A stretch of DNA of 34,717 bases from Nemertoderma westbladi (Eukaryota > Animalia > Xenacoelomorpha): contig JAUCBJ010007069.1 of assembly GCA_032718475.1 (NCBI GenBank), positions 1 to 34,717 of the forward strand, in the 5' to 3' direction. Positions 23,054 to 32,120 of the stretch are shown one piece after another; within the stretch, counting starts at the first letter, position 1; every line of letters starts with the position of its first letter. Below the pieces are notes generated by a model. It made no database searches and had not been told where the DNA came from. It was given only the letters and a program-made list of their open reading frames with translations. The position numbers and the translations under genes are program-made.

Positions 23054-24745
23054 TACAAAGGAAAAAGACCCTAAGTGTAATACAAAAGACCGCAACTACT
23101 TAAATTTTTTGCAAAAACACCGTAAGTCAGCGAAACTTCGGTTTTTTATCATTGCATAGATAATAAGAAAACGCACACGGTTTTATTGAAATATAATATT
23201 TTGACGACTTACTGTTATTTACTATTAGCTGAAAAGGCGCGAAATACAAAATTGAATTTTCACCAAATGATTTGCGGAGTTTATCATCATCATATCGTCG
23301 GTAAAAAGGCAAAAGGGCATTCGATAAAAAAATTGTTCAGGAGACACTAAAAACCTTATGTCTTTATTGGTTCAACCAAATTTAATATATTTGGTATCTG
23401 GTGAAAGCTCTTTATCATTTTATTTGTTATTTTTTATTTTATTTATACTTTATTCCAGGTAACAATTAATATTAAAATTAACATCAACCCATAATACAGT
23501 AATAATTAATAGCACAGGAGAAGTTGTATAATGTAATTAAAAGTTGGATATTATCGTCGTTAAGCGACTATACTGTATGTAAATTATTATTGACAAATAA
23601 TAATCAGCAGCTTGGTCTATTGGTGTGGTGGCATTCCTGGGCTTCCAATTATGAAGCACTGATTCTATCCCTAGATCGGGCAGCACTGTTTGGGCCCAGT
23701 GCTTTAAATGCTGCAGCCTAGCCCAAACCTGGCTTGCTGGCTTTCATCTTTAACTGGTCGATAAATGGGAACCAAGGCTACTTGGGAAACAGTGTGGAAG
23801 GGTTTACTGTGGAAGATCACCCATGGTGGTGAACAGGCATTCCTTGGCTTAACGACCCTAAAAGATTCTCTCATTCATGATTGACAAATATGTTATTGAA
23901 GATCCTAGAACTATGTATTGTGCACCTATTAACCAGTGAAACAATATTATTTTTAGACACATTAACCCTATCGTACAAACTTTGTATAGATCTATATCGA
24001 ATGTGAATGAAAGACGGTATGTTAATTTTAATTTTATGTTAATTTGAATTTTGGTATGTTAATACCAAAAAATAATGACATACTAGAACGGAAAGGCAAT
24101 TTGAATATCATACGTGCAGCCTAATTATAAGCAACCTTAAGACGGTCTATTCAGAATAATTCTGAGCGGACCATAATGCGTTACAATAAAGAGGCGTGAT
24201 ATATGACCTAAAAAATGTAAATTTCACGGTGTTAGTGCAATGGGGTAGACGACTCGGAAATTTTTTTTCGAGTTTTCGTTGGTTTCATGTGAAAGAGCAT
24301 GTGAAAAAACCCCAGAGAGCAATTTTACTTTAAAAAAAATACTATTGGCCGAATTAGCCCTTTCCGGCCGACTGTATATTTTTGTATACACTGAATTTAT
24401 TTCACTATGAATTGCATAATTTTAACTAATTATAGTTGGTTTCATCCAATTGAGACCCTATCACACTTCCTTTACTTATAAATTACCGATTCTGATTGGA
24501 TAATTGTAGTAGAAGGCTTCAATGAACGATTTTAGATGCTGTGTTTTCAGGTATTGACATGATGACTACCTGGCATAGGAAAGATGGCTATTTAAATGCT
24601 TTGGCAAAGCGATATTGAGAATTTTGATTGGGTATTCCAAAGATGGATTGTCCAATGAGATAATAATACTTCCAGGATAAACGTTACAGTACAGGTAGGC
24701 TGGTAGTGTTATTGAAGTAGTATGGGTATAGCCTTCTTTGGCCCA

Positions 24746-25375
24746 GTGTCTGCCATAGCCCATCATTGATGTCAATCATCGAATGCCTGCGTGTGTCTGC
24801 CATAGCCCATCATTGATGTCAATCATCTAATGCCTGCGTATTGACGACTATTAACAACCAATAGGAACGCAGGAATAATCACAGTTTAACCAATAGGAAT
24901 GTAGGAATGTGATGGCGGCAATATCCTACATTCCATTCCCGGTCATTGACCTCAACAGATTTAGCGCTTCCTTACTCGAATGCTTGTGAGTGTCTGCCAT
25001 ACTTTATCATAGATGTCAATCATTGGATGCCTGCGTATTGACAACTATTATCAACCAATAGGAACGCTTACAGTTAAAGAATGCAGGAATAAATCACAGT
25101 TTAACCAATAGGAATGTAGGAATATGATAGCAGTAAAATCCTACATTGAACAGTTTAATCAATTAGCAAGTCGTCGAACTTGATTACTTAGATGTCAATC
25201 ATTGAATGCCTGCGTATTGACAACTATTATCAACCAATAGGAACGCTTACAGTTAAAGAATGCAGGAATAAATCACAGTTTAACCAGTAGGAATGTAGGA
25301 ATATGATGGCAGTAAGATCCTACATTGACCTCAACAGATTTAGCGCTTCCTTACAGTTTTTAACTAATAGGAACA
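24746..25375. repeat. Composite repeat: 48-bp duplication plus three ~180-200 bp CCAAT-rich units
   Basis: GATGTCAATCAT...TGCCTGCGTATTGAC...ACCAATAGGAACGC...AGGAATGTAGGAAT...ATCCTACATT at ~24815, ~25012, ~25191. Confidence 0.85.
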
Positions 25376-25536
25376 CAACATTATGGTGAAGCAAGATCTC
25401 AGTTTTACAGAATCACCATCCACCAATATTTAATGCCAAATCAAATTGTCTATATGTTGTTGTAGACGGACATATTTTGTTGACAAGCCGGCACAGCATT
25501 CTTAATAATGCAGCTGCAATGCAGCATGCCGATCCT

Positions 25537-25553
25537 AGTAGTAGTAGTAGTAG
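25537..25553 (+). other. Candidate Maverick terminus (AGT)5AG; preceding GATCCT is the candidate 6-bp TSD
   Basis: Polintons begin with 5'-AG, often short AGT/AG repeats, and have 6-bp TSDs; lies ~700 bp beyond the last ORF. Could also be a simple microsatellite. Confidence 0.5.
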
Positions 25554-26242
25554 ACGGATGATGCAGTGGTGCTGTCATAGAAGTAGCGTATGTAAGCCCA
25601 AGTTATTGCCGCTCTCCATGAATTGAAAATGAATTGAAAGATGACTTTAATTGATTATATTAACTTAAGAATAATCTACTGTACTAAACATGTAAATAAG
25701 CCCCTACTGTATGTACAGTGACAGAGCTTGGAAGAGAGTGAGTGCATTCTGCCAAACATGGCAAAGCCTTTTTATCTGTAGTATTCACATAGGCATCAAC
25801 ATGACCTTAATTAATTGTTAATTAACGGTCTGATATTGAATGTTGTGGTGTACAGAATGTGGCTATTATGGTGTCACTATACAAACAGTATTACATAAGG
25901 GTGACGACACATTGTGCACGGTTAACAATTTAAATGATATTAAATTAATTACAACACCCGCCACCACAATATTGTATGACGTCGCATATTGGTTTTCATG
26001 ACAGGTGCCTTCCCGATGATGGAGTTGTTATCTTAGCCTATATAATTCAACAAAGTTTAAAGTTTTACTTTGTGTCTTTGATGAAGTCTATTTCATTAAA
26101 TTATTTATATTTATACAGTATTTATATATTAAAAACGGATATGGGGAGGGAGGGTGTTATTGAAACAGTTGTCAATTATTGTTTTACTTACCTTGTGTAT
26201 ATGTAATATACTCTATCTTAAATTAATTATATATAATAATAA

Positions 26243-26485
26243 TTAATAAAACTTACCTTCTTTCATTGCACCTTTTTCGAAAATTGATTTACCATTTCTG
26301 TATTCACAGTATCTTAAATGATGCGCTTGTTCCGCTTCAGCAAAGAAGTGTGAGTCATGATTTGGACATTGAATCATTTTCTGATGTGGATGATTTTTTC
26401 GACATTTTCTAATATGTCTGACAAATCTGTCCGCATGGATCCTATGGCAAGGGTCATACGGACAGACAATGTATTCGTTATCCAT
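26243..26485 (-). CDS. GTSF1/Asterix-like tandem CHHC (U11-48K type) zinc-finger protein, 80 aa
   Basis: MDNEYIVCPYDPCHRIHADRFVRHIRKCRKNHP...QCPNHDSHFFAEAEQAHHLRYC: two C-x5-H-x9-H-x3-C fingers with GTSF1-like CPYD, RF..H..KCRKNHP signature. ATG at 26485. Confidence 0.88.
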   Translation of the reverse strand: MDNEYIVCPYDPCHRIHADRFVRHIRKCRKNHPHQKMIQCPNHDSHFFAEAEQAHHLRYCEYRNGKSIFEKGAMKEGKFY

Positions 26486-26938
26486 TATTATTATTACAAT
26501 GTTAACCAATTAATTAATAAAATTAGACTGTAAAAATTAGACTAATACTGTAAATGTATCGATAAGTTGTTGACAGCAAAACTAAATTTAACTAATATTT
26601 TAATATACCTTTTATATAAACTAATTATGCACACATCTGACGGTTGTATTCATTATAACCATAATTAACCCACAAGTTCGTTAACCACCCCAATATAGAA
26701 GATGACACATTTTCCCAAGTTAATTGCGGCAACACGCGTGCGTGAGGAGCGATGGTTGATATAGCTCGAGTAGATCTGATGCTTTAAGTTATAACTAATT
26801 AGTCACACACACACACACATGTTATATGTAATTTTTGTCAAGAATTACACTGTTCGGTTGAATGAATTTATATTAACTAGCGGTGGGGCATGACTCATAT
26901 ATTGATTGTGGGACGGTTGTAAGTATTTGGCTACCATT

Positions 26939-27679
26939 ATGTACATTATGGCTAGCAAACTTGACAATAATACGACTGACGACGCATTATTGAAAGACAT
27001 CTGTATCCGTAATGGTATTGTAAATGTATCGCCACACCTGATTACTTTCCCCTCCGATGACAATAGTTTTTATTTCCATGTATATGGGTGTATATTTAAC
27101 GACTCAAAAAGGAGTTACGGATACATTTTAGAATTAGTGCTGGACCCAATTAGCAATAAATATATTGTATTCACGGATGACCTTTGTCGAGCTATCGCGG
27201 ATACAGATATTCTAGAAAGCAATGAAGATTGCGACCTCATAATGCTCGGGTTAGAAGTCCATTCGAATGCTCAGCTGAAAAAACTGACAACATTAAATTG
27301 CGAGAAAACGAGCATTGTTTTAAGCCAGTATGAACCCGGATATGACACGGTCCAAATAACTCTGGAACGTACCCCTTGGAACAGTTGGGCCGCTGGCAGT
27401 CTCTACGGCCATTTTAGATTGTGGGAAATATTGACCACGGGTTTGGGCTACACTACAGATGGACGGAATATATGTGGCACGGAAACAATTCCGATGTGGG
27501 TTGGGAATGCGCGGGACTTCGACGGGCAATTACCTCTCACAGGCTCGGATTGCATGGATAAAATAAAAGAATGGAGTTTAGAGGCCATTAGAGATCGTGT
27601 TTCAAATAATATCGATGGTTTGGGTTTAAGCACCATAGACCGCATTATAAACAATATTACCATGGTTGAATTGGATTAA
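26939..27679 (+). CDS. Hypothetical acidic protein (~245 aa), Maverick cargo
   Basis: Long ORF in AT-rich surroundings, first ATGs at 26939/26948; globular-like composition; no motif recognised. Confidence 0.7.
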   Translation: MYIMASKLDNNTTDDALLKDICIRNGIVNVSPHLITFPSDDNSFYFHVYGCIFNDSKRSYGYILELVLDPISNKYIVFTDDLCRAIADTDILESNEDCDLIMLGLEVHSNAQLKKLTTLNCEKTSIVLSQYEPGYDTVQITLERTPWNSWAAGSLYGHFRLWEILTTGLGYTTDGRNICGTETIPMWVGNARDFDGQLPLTGSDCMDKIKEWSLEAIRDRVSNNIDGLGLSTIDRIINNITMVELD

Positions 27680-27961
27680 TATCTTTGGCCTCTGGTGAAG
27701 GTGTTTTTATTTGTGCTTTATGTTAGAATTAGATTAATATATTTGGCCTTTGGTGAATGTGGTTTTTTTTTTATTTTTATTTGTACTTCATGTTTATTTA
27801 TAAATATTTACTTTCAACAACTAATATAGTATAATATCAATATAAATATCATTATAAATATTTCACCAATACACCAATTTACACCAACTACAACAACAAC
27901 GACAAGTTATATATGTAATTGTAATATAATTGTTAAATATATATTCCCGACCTAAAATAAA

Positions 27962-28414
27962 TTATTTTATTAATAATAACAGTCCATAAACCCATTTCAA
28001 TAATAATAAATCATTATAATGTAAATTATTGGAATTAAATATTTCCATGGCACGAGGGTTTCTTGGAGATTCGGTCAAATAATATAAAGAAAACAAACCA
28101 CACTGTGTTGAATGTGGACCCTGATATACTTTTCTATTAAAAGTATACCTTTCAGTATATTTGTGGAGCCAGTACGACAGTTTAGGCGGGGGGGATCTAC
28201 CGTAAGAATCCATATAATAACCTATTCTATCAACTACACGAACTGAACTCCAGTGCTGCCCTGGAAGCCCCACTCGTTGGTTATTAACAATAAAAGAATA
28301 TTTGTTTTGTTTCTTCTTCCTTTGTAGCTGTATTTGATCTAATTGGTCAATAGCGTATACACCGAGGTATTCGGGCCCTACCGGAAATTTTGCCAATTGT
28401 ATTGAGTCCAACAT
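27962..28414 (-). CDS. Adenain-like cysteine protease (Maverick PRO)
   Basis: GQHW (His), YMDSYG (Asp), YQGPHSTQCGLF (Gln, Cys); likely start MLDSIQ at 28414. Confidence 0.93.
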   Translation of the reverse strand: MLDSIQLAKFPVGPEYLGVYAIDQLDQIQLQRKKKQNKYSFIVNNQRVGLPGQHWSSVRVVDRIGYYMDSYGRSPPPKLSYWLHKYTERYTFNRKVYQGPHSTQCGLFSLYYLTESPRNPRAMEIFNSNNLHYNDLLLLKWVYGLLLLIK

Positions 28415-28558
28415 CTTGATATGTATGTAATCCACCAAAGGCTTAGAAAGAATCCAAGGTTTGACCAAAACGAACGAACACAACGAGCCAAAATGGAAGA
28501 TATAAGTATTTTTGAGATGGTGATGAGCTCTGACAACTCGTCGATGGTAAGCCTTTAC

Positions 28559-29809
28559 TTACTCTGTAATTATTTCTTTAGATTCTGAAATAGATAGAAC
28601 GCTATCGTAACTTGCCATGACGATTACATTAATTGTATGCTCTAGCGCTTCCCTGAATTTTAAAATCAAGTGTCCAGTTGTATGAATGTTGGGTTGTATC
28701 TCGTGACTCTGATCACCTCCAGCGGTAAGATCGAATACAATTAAAGGAAATTGGGTTCGGTATGTTTCAGGAGTGAGCGAACAGTATGCATTAGATAAAC
28801 TTTTGAAGACGTTCATTAAAGTCTCAAATTCTAGCATATAGTTATTTTCACCGAAGTTGGGTCTATAAGGGTAGCCATGTACCACCTTCGAATCAACATT
28901 CAATTCCCCATAGTTTAAGTTGAAATGATTGAAATTTAGCGGATTGCTACCCAATTCTCCATTAAAGCTAGCATTAGTGAGCATGCCCAACAGAATATAT
29001 TTCGGTAACCTCCCTTGAATTATACTTGAGTGAGTATAACTTGACTGCCCGCCCGCAATTGTGAAGGTCTTCACATCTTGCTTCAACAAGTTATATATAA
29101 AGTCATTTTTTTGTGAACCTACAAGATGCGCTCGTGCCACTTCGTCATCGATTTTATGGCGTTTTATCTTTAGATTGATGGCCATTATTTCTACTCTCGC
29201 ATTTGTTAATCCGGCAGGAGGCTCAACCTTCAGGAAAAAATTATTCGACACGCGGTCCATACGAATTCGAGCAGAAATTCCAGGTGGCAGAAGTTTATCC
29301 TGAGCAGCCAAATCCATAAAGAGTGGCGCAATGACGAATTTGATATAATTCCCACGGATGTTGTTGTCAGTGCCAACAGGGACACCACCCTGGTTATTCT
29401 CATTATTCTCATAGCCACCAGCCCTCAAGATGCCACTTTTTTCATTTGCGTCTGTGAGTAGCAATGTTTGAAATATAGACTTATAAGCATAGAACCCATT
29501 CGAGGTTTCGACAAGTTTTTCGTTTAAATATAAAGAGCAATTTTCAAAGAGTGTGCCGCCGGGATAATTGAGATGGTGGAGGGTAGTATTGTCGTTAGCT
29601 CTATCGCCGTCCCAGGTAATTTTATATTTGATGTGGAATTTGGAATTTTTCAAATCTGTATAAAGAATGTTTGATTCGGGTACAAAAAATTCGATTTGGC
29701 GCGCATTTGCATCGAGAGTAGAAATCGGGTAAATGTCCAACCAGTGTGAAGATGTGTATTCTCTTTGATTAGCTTTACTCGAAAATAAAGATAATTCTCT
29801 TTTGCTCAT
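28559..29809 (-). CDS. Major capsid protein (double jelly-roll, Maverick PY/hexon-like)
   Basis: 416 aa; ELSLF...Q...W..IYP N-terminus, LF....LYLN....YAYK, GRLPKYILLGM...SFNG....NPLNFNHFNL, FDLT motifs typical of Maverick MCPs. Confidence 0.88.
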   Translation of the reverse strand: MSKRELSLFSSKANQREYTSSHWLDIYPISTLDANARQIEFFVPESNILYTDLKNSKFHIKYKITWDGDRANDNTTLHHLNYPGGTLFENCSLYLNEKLVETSNGFYAYKSIFQTLLLTDANEKSGILRAGGYENNENNQGGVPVGTDNNIRGNYIKFVIAPLFMDLAAQDKLLPPGISARIRMDRVSNNFFLKVEPPAGLTNARVEIMAINLKIKRHKIDDEVARAHLVGSQKNDFIYNLLKQDVKTFTIAGGQSSYTHSSIIQGRLPKYILLGMLTNASFNGELGSNPLNFNHFNLNYGELNVDSKVVHGYPYRPNFGENNYMLEFETLMNVFKSLSNAYCSLTPETYRTQFPLIVFDLTAGGDQSHEIQPNIHTTGHLILKFREALEHTINVIVMASYDSVLSISESKEIITE

Positions 29810-29862
29810 AGTTTCAGTTTTATTTTCATTTATTATGCAAATACATCATTGCAATGATTATT

Positions 29863-30396
29863 TCACTTTTTACGCCTAACGTTCATACCCACAGTTGGGT
29901 GTCGCCGTTTGCCCCCCTTCTTTTTTTTAGTTGTTGGCTTGTTGAATTCGTCGTATACGCGCTGGGCAATTCTACGCGTCTTAGGCCTCATACGGCCCGC
30001 CGCTTTATTCAACAAATCATCCGCTTTGCGACGCAAGAAACGTTTACCTTCGGGAATTATATATTTTCGTGCCGCTTTTGCCACCTTTGGAAGTGCTTTA
30101 GTTAGTACTTTACGCCCTAACTTACGGGCTAATAATCCAAGCCCAGTTGTCAGCATTCCTTTTCCCCGCTGTTTATTGGCTCGCCCTTGTCTGAGTCTAT
30201 TATTAATCCACCCACGCCGCTGCCTGAGTCTATTACTCCAAATAGGCCCAAGTAAGTTACTTTTAGGTGGGTTAATTTGGGTTATATTACCTGGAAGAAT
30301 GGCACCACCCTTAAAAACTGGTATGTCGTTATAACCCCCTCCCCCTCGTTGAGCATGCGGGCTGCTATATAATTTAAATAAATTTGAATCTGCCAT
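29863..30396 (-). CDS. Arg/Lys-rich putative virion core protein (adenovirus pVII/pX-like role)
   Basis: 177 aa, highly basic, QRGGG and QRGKG motifs followed by an amphipathic segment; directly upstream of MCP. Confidence 0.7.
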   Translation of the reverse strand: MADSNLFKLYSSPHAQRGGGGYNDIPVFKGGAILPGNITQINPPKSNLLGPIWSNRLRQRRGWINNRLRQGRANKQRGKGMLTTGLGLLARKLGRKVLTKALPKVAKAARKYIIPEGKRFLRRKADDLLNKAAGRMRPKTRRIAQRVYDEFNKPTTKKKKGGKRRHPTVGMNVRRKK

Positions 30397-30659
30397 TAGT
30401 TTTATTTATTTATTATATCATAGGTCCTATAATAAAATAATAAGAATAACTATCACCGCATACGTATATGCACAAACAATAAACATTAGATATTGCATAT
30501 AACTGCTATAAACATAGTACTACAACAACAACAACAACAACAACAACAGTAAATATAATGAAAACCACCAACAAATTAAAGTTGTTTTACTAATCAACAA
30601 TATTAACAACATTTTACTTTACAATTTGATGGTTTAAATATTATAATTTGACGTAATAA

Positions 30660-31238
30660 TTACTTTAATAACCATTCACCATAGCCAGCGGCGAGTTTGA
30701 TGGAACAGTAATTGGAACACGCATCGCCAATATCAGAATGAAATGCACACTTTGTTACTAGAGTATCATGGTAAGGGCATTTTACATTATAAGCAACATA
30801 TTTTTCATTTATCCCATAAGACTCTAAAAGTTTTGCACTGACTTTAAATTCATTTTTTAATATATATAATTTTGGTGCTCCGCGAATTAAAATTTCAAAT
30901 CCTCGACGTGCCTTTTCCCGCAACCATTCCTGTATAAATATCTTGAATGTATTTTGATCAATAAAACCATAATCAAAATTTATATGATGGCTTATATTGC
31001 GGACATGGGTGAGGCGTTCGCATTCACTTGAAGTTAATTCTTTGGCAGTCGGTCCGTAAATGAACCAAACATTTTCAACAGATTCAGTAATACTGTTATA
31101 TACAGCAAACTCTTTGAAGTAAATGGTTCCAATGGGTTGGCTGTTCTGCGAATGGATTGTATAATACTGGAAATCTATTATTATCCCAGGCTTACCAAGG
31201 GGAGGATAATCACTGTCGCGACTTAGGTATTTGTTCAT
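30660..31238 (-). CDS. DEDD/DnaQ-derived protein with Maelstrom-like E-C-H-C zinc motif
   Basis: IIDFQ (ExoI-like, DxE to DxQ), YFKEFAV, HHINF, C-terminal CAFH-x9-YCS; domain call by eye. Confidence 0.55.
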   Translation of the reverse strand: MNKYLSRDSDYPPLGKPGIIIDFQYYTIHSQNSQPIGTIYFKEFAVYNSITESVENVWFIYGPTAKELTSSECERLTHVRNISHHINFDYGFIDQNTFKIFIQEWLREKARRGFEILIRGAPKLYILKNEFKVSAKLLESYGINEKYVAYNVKCPYHDTLVTKCAFHSDIGDACSNYCSIKLAAGYGEWLLK

Positions 31239-31313
31239 ATTGATGACAACAAATAAAAATGTTTACAAAAATTTTGGTGAAACGTTTCTTCCAAGTTAAT
31301 AATTGAAGCCACC

Positions 31314-32120
31314 TCATTTGTCAATTCGTATAAAATGAAGTGTTAAAATTGAATCTCCATAATGAAATTGCAACAAATTTCCTGAATCTCCAATCAACCG
31401 AACTCGTATATAACGTAAATTAGATGTTAAATTAACTTTTTTATAGTAGACTTCCTCAACTTCTCGACTAATAATTTGCCCATATTCCCCTTCTATGGGT
31501 ATGCTACGCAACAGAGGGTATTCGCTATTGTCTACAAATTGAGGTTCGACGCAATTGATATGTATATTTATGTTGGGTTCCAGTATTTCGACAGCATCAG
31601 GATGCTTATGGCAGTTGTACTTATTATTCCGTGAATCAATCCTTAGCAAGTGATAATCCCCTACAGCATTTTGTACACACATAAAACCTTTGCCATCAAC
31701 CTCGTGTTCTATTAATCCTAGGTAACCACCCAAACGTTTACTGACAAATATCGACAACTGTTTGCCTTTAAAATGTATGGTTATATTACCAGAGCGTGCT
31801 CTATTATCAATTATATTAATTTGGCCTTTAATAAGGCTTTTGTTGAAGTATTCAATGATCCTTTCCAATGATAGGAAAGATCCTTCGGGGAGAGTAACAT
31901 CTCTTGTAAACATTTTTTTATTTTTTATGGCCTTTATATAAATGTCGCTATTGTCATACCTGATACTAGATACGTACGTTATACCGGTTAAACCTACTAA
32001 CCATTGCCCTCTAGCGAAAGGTAAAGGAATTTGCAAATTTGTTTGGAAATCGCTGGCGCTATTACGTGGGAATTCTATGGGGTTTGCGTTTGAGGGTAGT
32101 ACAACGTAATAACTGTTCAT
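31314..32120 (-). CDS. Minor capsid protein (penton, PX-like) 2
   Basis: YVVLPSNA...FPRNSASDF..L..P, W.VGL..I.Y, PLLRSIP, I.V.L....G....F..G...LTLHF. Confidence 0.85.
   Translation of the reverse strand: MNSYYVVLPSNANPIEFPRNSASDFQTNLQIPLPFARGQWLVGLTGITYVSSIRYDNSDIYIKAIKNKKMFTRDVTLPEGSFLSLERIIEYFNKSLIKGQINIIDNRARSGNITIHFKGKQLSIFVSKRLGGYLGLIEHEVDGKGFMCVQNAVGDYHLLRIDSRNNKYNCHKHPDAVEILEPNINIHINCVEPQFVDNSEYPLLRSIPIEGEYGQIISREVEEVYYKKVNLTSNLRYIRVRLIGDSGNLLQFHYGDSILTLHFIRIDK

Noticed and set aside
23420-24000. Possible LINE 3' end remnant on - strand
   Set aside because: Only an A-rich tail and a short weak frame; no RT or endonuclease motif.
24551-24694. Exon-like segment (TTTCAG...CAG|GTAGG)
   Set aside because: Stops in all three frames; no linked exons identified.
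26486-26509. ORF-track start MVNIVIII for the zinc-finger gene
   Set aside because: TTG start in an (ATT)n AT-rich leader; the ATG at 26485 fits a eukaryotic gene better.
30400-30660. Small hydrophobic ORFs and (CAA)n between Maverick genes
   Set aside because: Under 30 codons and explained by microsatellite and AT-rich composition.
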